This document shows, piece by piece, positions 59,201 through 64,000 of a DNA stretch of 64,000 nucleotides. This DNA is from a virus. Location: the IMG/VR virus record IMGVR_UViG_3300022074_000004, one strand, 5' to 3'. Within the stretch, counting starts at the first letter, position 1. Each line of letters starts with the position of its first letter. Under the pieces are notes generated by a model. That model saw only the letters and a list, made by a program, of their open reading frames with translations. It ran no database searches and had not been told where the DNA came from. Position numbers and translations under genes: made by a program.

Positions 59201-62200
59201 CCAGATTCTAAAAAATATAGCTTTCCTGATTTGGAAATTGATGGAATGTCAACTATTCAAGTGAAAGATAGTGAATATAGTGGAAAATATAATATAAAAA
59301 CAATTTCTGATACTGAGGTAAAATTCAATACGACAAGAATTTGTGAAAAAGATGTATATACATCAGATATATCAAATATAAACTATAGTACAAATTCAAA
59401 AACTGTATCTGGACCGATTGAAAGTGTCTTAGTAACAAATCCAGGTAAAGAGTATACAAAAATGCCTAGAATCTCTTCAATAGAAAGTGAAGATGGCGAT
59501 AGTGCAATATTAGAACCTTTTGGCTCATCTGTTGGAGAGATTAATAATGTTAAGATAGAAAATCTAAAAAAAGATTATCCATCAGACGAAACATTAAGAC
59601 CAACTGCATCATTTACCCAAATTTTAAAGGTAGAGCCATTGTATTCTATCTCTTCTATAAACTTGACTGATTTCGGAAGAGGATATCTCGTTCCACCAAA
59701 ATTAGTTGTAAAAGATTCTGTTACAGATGAAGTGGTTCAAGATTTAGATCTTGAATATAAATTAGGAGATTCTGAAGTTAAAATTATTAAGAATACTCAC
59801 AGATTAAGGGATGCTATTCCTCAAATAATACCAACCCGCAATAGCAATGGAATTGGCATCTCAACTATTAGCTATGATCCCGATACACATGACGCTACTA
59901 TAACTTTATCAACTCAGTATAGCGATTCATCAGATTTCCCAATAAAACCAGGAGACAAATTTTTAGTAGAAAGTGCATTTGCAGTACCAGGCGGACTTGG
60001 CTTCAATTCTGAGGATTATAACTACAAGCTATTCACTGCAATATCAACAAATGAAAGCATTGGCGGGGGATTTGGCACAATCTCTTATAATATGTCAGAA
60101 TTATTTTCTCTTGGTGATACAGCTGGAACTTATGACCATATAAGATCACTTGGTAGGATTATACCAGAATCATATTTTCCAAAATTTGAAGTATCTATAG
60201 AACAAAGTGATTTTTTGACCAGAGAAACTTATGAACTTAATGAAACTATAAAAGGAAAGCTTCATAATGGGACTATTGAATACTGGGAATCAGAGACTGG
60301 ATTGATGCATATTTTGTCAAATGAAATATATGATATTGGGTCAATTGTAAGAGGAATTTCTTCAAAAGCGGAAGGAAATGTTATATCCTCTATTAGGACA
60401 AAATCATATTTTCCTTTGGGTTCTTCATTAAGTATAAGAAAGTCATCAAATACAAATTCTGGATTTTTAAACGACAGCTTCCAAAGATTACAGGATAGTG
60501 ACTATTATCAGAATTTCTCATATTCAATAAAATCTAGAATACCATATGAGACTTGGAATGATCACATATCTCCACTGACACATACGGCTGGATTTAAAAA
60601 ATTCTCAGACTATCAGATTGAATCTATGGCAGATAGTCAAACATCAATGAGAGTTAATATTTCTAGCAATTCTGTCGATCAAGTCAATGATTTAATTGGA
60701 AAAGTCAATTTAAATTCTTTCTCGGACTTTGATCTAGTATCTGAAAATGATGTTGATGGAATATCAAACAAAATATTGTTTAATAGCAAAATCTTAGGTG
60801 ATTATTTTGAATCTGTTGGTAATAAGGTTTTAGAAGTAGATAACATTTCAAATCTTTTTAATAGCAATCCAAGATCAACAAAATTTAGCCCAGTAGCTAC
60901 ATTTAGTAAACTGGATAATAGATATCTAAAATTCATTACTTTAGTAAAAGATAGAAGATATACGCAACAAAGACAATTAATGATTATCGATCTAATTCAT
61001 GATAATTTTGAGGGGTATATCAATCAATACGGTAGAGTGGAAACAGAGTATGATCTTGGATCTTTTGATTATACAATTATTGGAAATCAGGGTATTTTAT
61101 TATTCTATCCAGAGAGGCATGAAATAAATGATTATGATATATCTGCAATATCATTTAACTTGGATGAGATCATATCAAGTGCTGTAGATACTATCATTGG
61201 TACATCATTAATAACCACTGAAGGGAAAGAGCTGCAAGGTGGCACTTCTACAGTTTTTGAAATAGATGCATCTTACAGCTCGATAAAATTATTATTACAA
61301 ATAAATCCAGAGTCTCAAGTTGGGAAAGAATTTGAGGTTAGTGAATTAAATATCATGAATGATGGTTCAAATATCCACATTTTAGAAAATACAAAATTAT
61401 CTACAGATTTGGGCCAAAATAGCACTGTTGGTTTGGGGACATATCATGCATATATCGATGGATCCAAATTAAAGGTAGACTTTATTCAGAATCAAAATAC
61501 GAACATAGATTCTGGAATTATTAATACATACTGCATTGCTTTAGGCGATGAAAATTCAAGTGGATCTCAGACAGAATATTTGAAGCATGTAACATTCAAT
61601 TCCAAGTCTACAACAATAGCATCATCTCCAACTCCAAGTGAAATAGTAATTGCAGAATATGAAACTGAAGAAACATATAATGCAGCACACTTGATGGTAC
61701 AAATTTCTGATACTACGAATGATAAAAAACAATTCTCTGAAGTTATTGTGGTTGATAGTTATGAATCAGGCATTCCTACATACGAAACATATGATACTGA
61801 ATACGGTATTATAAATGATGGGGATGTGTTAGGCGAGATTAGCTCAAGAGTTATCTTAGATGGTACATATAAAACTCAAATAATGTTTACTCCTATAGCA
61901 AATATTGATACCCATGTCAATGTCTTTATGACTGCTTTGAGAAATCAGGATGATACAAGAGACCAAATCAATATGGCCAGTGGCAGTATTAGAAGTTACG
62001 GCGGTATCTATGAAGGAACACACTCTGATATAAAGAAATCTTTCGAATTATATAACTCCGGAGAAAAAATATTTGAAAGAACTTTTGATAGTCAAGATCA
62101 AGATATTGTGAATATTGCTGATGATAAACTTAATATCAATACTCACTTCTTTGTCACTGGAGAGTCAATTAAATATGTTCCAGGAAGTCCAAATTCAATT

Positions 62201-64000
62201 TTTGAGGCAATCGAGATAGAACCAACATCTTTTGCTGGAATTGGTGTCACTGATAGGTTGCCACAAGATATATTTGCAATTAAGCTTCCAGACAATACGC
62301 TTAGATTTGCTTCTAGTGCAGAAAATGCTCTAAAGTCAACACCGGAGTTTATAAAATTTGTAAATTATGGTGTTGGTTCGGCCCATAGAATTGTAGCTAA
62401 TAATCAAAATACAAAAGCTCTTCTTACAATTGACAATGTAATACAATCACCAATTGTAGAATCTAAAAAGACAGCATCAGTAACTCAAGATGTATTTACA
62501 ACAAGTGATATAATTCGATTTGATGATACGACTGGATTTTTTGGAACTGACTTGATTAGAGTCAATGACGAAATTATGATGATTGAAAGTATTGGGATCG
62601 GATCTCCAGAAAATGTACGTGTTAGAAGAACTCAGTTGGGAACAAAGATATCTCCACACTCTGCTGGCTCAACTATAACCAAATTAAATGGTAATTATAA
62701 TATTGTTGATAATACATTAAACTTTGTAAGAGCACCATATGGAAGATTACCATTTTCAACATCTACTGGGTCTCCAGAAGAAAGAGACTGGTCTGGAATA
62801 TCAACTAGCTCCAATTTTAGTGGAAGAATTTTCTTAAGATCAGGTATACCAAATACAAGTAGTGAAACATATACTACAAATTATATTTTCGATGATATAT
62901 CTGACCAGTTTAATTCGACACAAAATGAATTTGTTTTAAAATCTAATAGCTCGAATGTAAGTGGAATAAAAAATGGCATAGTTATTGTTAATGATGTATT
63001 CCAATATCCAGGAAGAGTAAATTGTGATATATTGACTTCTGATGCTTCTGGAATATCAACCGTCAAATTTACAGGAAATAGTAGGACAATTACAAATGAT
63101 GTTGGTATATCAAGTTTCCCTAGAGGTGGTTTGATTGTATCAGTTGGCTCATCAGAAGGTCTAGGATATCAACCACTTATAACTGCTGGAGGATTTGCAA
63201 CTATCAATTCTAGCGGAGAAATTGATTCCATAACAATGGATAATGTTGGATCTGGATATAGAGCTGGTTTGCAAACTGTAAACGTAAGTGCCATTAATGA
63301 TCCCGATGATATTCAGATAATTGGTACAGCGAATATTGTTGATGGAAAAGTTTCTAGTGTGAATATATCAAATCCAGGTAGTGGATATTCAGCTGCACCT
63401 AGAATTGAATTTGACGATCCACTAAATTACTATGATTTGCCTTTGATTTACTCAGCAAATTCTACTGGGTCTGGACAGGGAGCATCTATAAACATTATAG
63501 TTGGGCAGGAATCTAAAGTAATAGATTTTTCAATAACAAATACTGGTTATGGGTATAATGTTGGAGACAAATTAACTGTTCCAACATCCACCGCAGTTGG
63601 TATAGAAACAAACTCAAATTTTGAAGAATTTGTTATAACTGTTGACAAAACCATTTCGGATACTTTTAGTGGATGGACATTTGGGGAATTGGAAGTCCTT
63701 GATAATATTGAAAGATTCATTGACGGAGAAAACACAATATTTCCTCTATTGAGTTCAAATATTGAGAAATCAATTATTTCAAATAGAGGATCTTCAATTG
63801 ATGTTAAAAATGTATTACTTGTATTTGTCAATAATATTCTTCAGATACCAGGAGAGGGGTATATTTTTAATGGAGGAAGTACAATTCAATTTACAGAGCC
63901 ATTGAAAAAAGAAGATACTGTTGAGATTTTATTCTATAAAGGAAGTGGTGATGTTGATGTAATTCCAAGAAACATTATTGAGACGGTTAAGGCGGGGGAT
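53243..64000 (+). CDS. Giant baseplate wedge protein (gp7 / wedge-initiator-like), >3586 aa, runs off the window; absent from the ORF track
   Basis: ATG at 53243 gives MSERIQVSQVLKSQIPNYVREEYPQFEKFLQQYY...; RDFYSVKGT, YDVINPP, LQDSDYYQNFSYSIKS..HTAG motifs; the same frame ends in ETVKAGD at 64000; directly follows gp6. Confidence 0.85.
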   Translation, partial: MSERIQVSQVLKSQIPNYVREEYPQFEKFLQQYYIGQEYPGGPIDLIENIDKYVKIDSLSNINDSAVLATDISFSSRIIRVDSSLSPQGTSGFPDSYGLLKIGDEVITYKNKTEFSFTGCIRGFSGVTNYRNEDNLGELTFESTKIEKHKSGATIHNLSALFLKEMFTKLKYQFLPGLENKKFAGSVDENLFLQKSRDFYSVKGTRTGFDLLFKLLYGEEIDIISPKNYLFTPSNSDFEKYDEMVLEIISGNPEDLLLSTLSQEEYKDIIEEAYAPITDVEKLDDPDSDGKYYKVKLDSGSGVNRDSGVKGSISGSFTVHAKTRVIGDVEIGASIITVDSTVGFSNEGELYVRYADQTFGVVSYTSKSFNQFFGCSNIINNILDGYGVSVNTFAYATSGDNIVKVRVNSIPSSVQYSDDSYGYHKNLPVTFKNLGYTSDSYKSDGWLYNTGPCYDINRTNLIDTSDNTYEIELKTKNYLQIDDSVNIISSNQSKKFASVIDLISENTILVRCEGPILENDLKVERNILKSEGSIITNVQNVYKHNTEEEYLIASSSIPSLLDENNAKKVTFSGTFLQNQEILKISEFKDHGFYTGDAIFYKPEVEIQIIEDADENEEGFTETEVIKSSLFDEGLYFIKRISPTEVKFALSLSNIEKSQYISPKINTIVENNTLEPYKFKGKEIRSQNLVRKLKNPQKTSEKSKTIPGFTGIMINGTEILNYKSSDRVKYGKIEKIDVISKGYDYDVINPPNLTISDSSGQGAEAYVDVSGVLQELRIVDSGFDYQKPPILTITGGNGEGAEVSPTMSGIIHSVEFNSLSISTVDDTIKFTVNHKLKTGESVVYKTNNQQSIGGIVDGSEYFVSVVDSKTISLHETQSDSVSAANKISFTSLGVGNHIIEATETKSVVASLNVVNSGLNYQNKKRILKEENINLQKDCFYIKNHRYESGELIKYYSTTGTAIGGLEIGKEYVVTKISDDEFSISQVGEDNVKEFYNKNQYIDIISVGSGKHTFNCPEIKVSIISEIGLSPVGTETFELKVQPVFRGQVEAVYLADEGSNYGSPEILNYNRTPNLSLSKGSDAQVSPVIKNGEIVDVIVLNQGKNYTSPPNIRTIGDGAGAVLTPIIENGFLRDVNVINGGFGFGQETFIIIESVGQDCKFNTTIQSWNVNLFEKNISNIGADDISVECGLNDKYGLQYSYLYAPRSLRESVFSINSSGEVIYGSKDLKKKNNKETESDHHSPIIGWAYDGSPIYGPYGYSQKNGGQIVQMKSGYKLDLKPNRPSTSIFPEGYFLEDYSYFDSNDESVLDRNNGRFCVTPDYPNGTYAYFSTLDAESVESSGLFAKYKKPQFPYFIGDCYENVPIDFNFEKSSNQDDFIFGGNWARNTSPYNLDFSGKNYKYINVPDTSSQKVVIDSIKSSGIDSISVKSAGDLYKVDDKVLFDDVGSGGNGVSAKVSRISGKTTKQISFDIVKKENIEVSSTNRKNEYLVTSDVPHSLNDGDIVNLNSLSRNFELTGSYPVGVSTNILKISQDILDVSQTGQITYFNVIGNLNENAIRENDILQIGTEKIKVLKINRSNYTIKVLRQFDGTIGSSYPIFTNIIELPRKLKINSKEKVLSPQNKQIYFDPSKSVATGNTFGIGIGVSLLTEDGELHIPTKAIYLKNHGLKTGDSITYSTGGGDGLVVSEDGVTTRSLTDGENLFVGRVSDDLISISTVRVGLDTQGVFVALEGASGASRTLYFDSIGTGENHSFTTNYVSTTGNISRNEVTLETENPHELTDGDEIYLEVNPQETFTYEVSYDDQNRRLIFNKKSFTDPNVSVSENTIYIENHNLSSGDKILYTSDNPSDGLVSGEMYYAIFFNENKIGLAQSYFDSISNNFIDIKTQSSGNIGSINPKISVYRDSTIIFDVSDASLSYLRQTISYSAFKLDFYLDTNLSLFWNDAITNIQRSGRPGVDSDAKITLKINSESPDMIYYKLNPVIQDGLPDSKKYSFPDLEIDGMSTIQVKDSEYSGKYNIKTISDTEVKFNTTRICEKDVYTSDISNINYSTNSKTVSGPIESVLVTNPGKEYTKMPRISSIESEDGDSAILEPFGSSVGEINNVKIENLKKDYPSDETLRPTASFTQILKVEPLYSISSINLTDFGRGYLVPPKLVVKDSVTDEVVQDLDLEYKLGDSEVKIIKNTHRLRDAIPQIIPTRNSNGIGISTISYDPDTHDATITLSTQYSDSSDFPIKPGDKFLVESAFAVPGGLGFNSEDYNYKLFTAISTNESIGGGFGTISYNMSELFSLGDTAGTYDHIRSLGRIIPESYFPKFEVSIEQSDFLTRETYELNETIKGKLHNGTIEYWESETGLMHILSNEIYDIGSIVRGISSKAEGNVISSIRTKSYFPLGSSLSIRKSSNTNSGFLNDSFQRLQDSDYYQNFSYSIKSRIPYETWNDHISPLTHTAGFKKFSDYQIESMADSQTSMRVNISSNSVDQVNDLIGKVNLNSFSDFDLVSENDVDGISNKILFNSKILGDYFESVGNKVLEVDNISNLFNSNPRSTKFSPVATFSKLDNRYLKFITLVKDRRYTQQRQLMIIDLIHDNFEGYINQYGRVETEYDLGSFDYTIIGNQGILLFYPERHEINDYDISAISFNLDEIISSAVDTIIGTSLITTEGKELQGGTSTVFEIDASYSSIKLLLQINPESQVGKEFEVSELNIMNDGSNIHILENTKLSTDLGQNSTVGLGTYHAYIDGSKLKVDFIQNQNTNIDSGIINTYCIALGDENSSGSQTEYLKHVTFNSKSTTIASSPTPSEIVIAEYETEETYNAAHLMVQISDTTNDKKQFSEVIVVDSYESGIPTYETYDTEYGIINDGDVLGEISSRVILDGTYKTQIMFTPIANIDTHVNVFMTALRNQDDTRDQINMASGSIRSYGGIYEGTHSDIKKSFELYNSGEKIFERTFDSQDQDIVNIADDKLNINTHFFVTGESIKYVPGSPNSIFEAIEIEPTSFAGIGVTDRLPQDIFAIKLPDNTLRFASSAENALKSTPEFIKFVNYGVGSAHRIVANNQNTKALLTIDNVIQSPIVESKKTASVTQDVFTTSDIIRFDDTTGFFGTDLIRVNDEIMMIESIGIGSPENVRVRRTQLGTKISPHSAGSTITKLNGNYNIVDNTLNFVRAPYGRLPFSTSTGSPEERDWSGISTSSNFSGRIFLRSGIPNTSSETYTTNYIFDDISDQFNSTQNEFVLKSNSSNVSGIKNGIVIVNDVFQYPGRVNCDILTSDASGISTVKFTGNSRTITNDVGISSFPRGGLIVSVGSSEGLGYQPLITAGGFATINSSGEIDSITMDNVGSGYRAGLQTVNVSAINDPDDIQIIGTANIVDGKVSSVNISNPGSGYSAAPRIEFDDPLNYYDLPLIYSANSTGSGQGASINIIVGQESKVIDFSITNTGYGYNVGDKLTVPTSTAVGIETNSNFEEFVITVDKTISDTFSGWTFGELEVLDNIERFIDGENTIFPLLSSNIEKSIISNRGSSIDVKNVLLVFVNNILQIPGEGYIFNGGSTIQFTEPLKKEDTVEILFYKGSGDVDVIPRNIIETVKAGD

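Noticed and set aside
55409-63831. Minus-strand track ORFs in the last 10 kb
   Set aside because: Antisense shadows of the giant plus-strand baseplate ORF.

Overview
Fragment of a T4-like marine cyanophage genome (cyanomyovirus/Kyanoviridae-like, inferred from gp25/gp6/giant gp7-type baseplate genes and typical small-ORF families). Nearly all protein genes are on the + strand. 1-30.9 kb: four virion/tail-fibre-like genes, two of them giant (>=5698 aa, probably cut by the window edge, and 3395 aa), built from FG-GAP and Asp-box propellers, LamG, cupredoxin-like modules and an ~18-copy G[YH]YPLY repeat. 31-49.3 kb: dense cluster of small, probably early genes, including an SF2 helicase, a KxDG ligase-like protein, a His-rich secreted peptide and DUF932. 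49.6-64 kb: DxD glycosyltransferase-like gene, gp25, gp6 and a >3586-aa baseplate ORF missing from the supplied track. The most unusual signal is non-coding. (i) A 20-bp dyad occurs in ~14 copies; single copies mostly sit 30-32 bp upstream of -10 boxes, and one serves both strands at exactly 31 bp. (ii) Three copies of a ~65-nt covarying element (putative sRNAs) end beside tandem double dyads, two of which form a perfect 31-bp inverted repeat. (iii) One copy lies behind an NtcA-type promoter. (iv) An iteron-like GTCAYCTTCA array has satellite copies in an AT-rich gene-free tract. No tRNA, rRNA, CRISPR, integrase or transposase was recognised. All family calls are from motif recognition by eye, not database searches.
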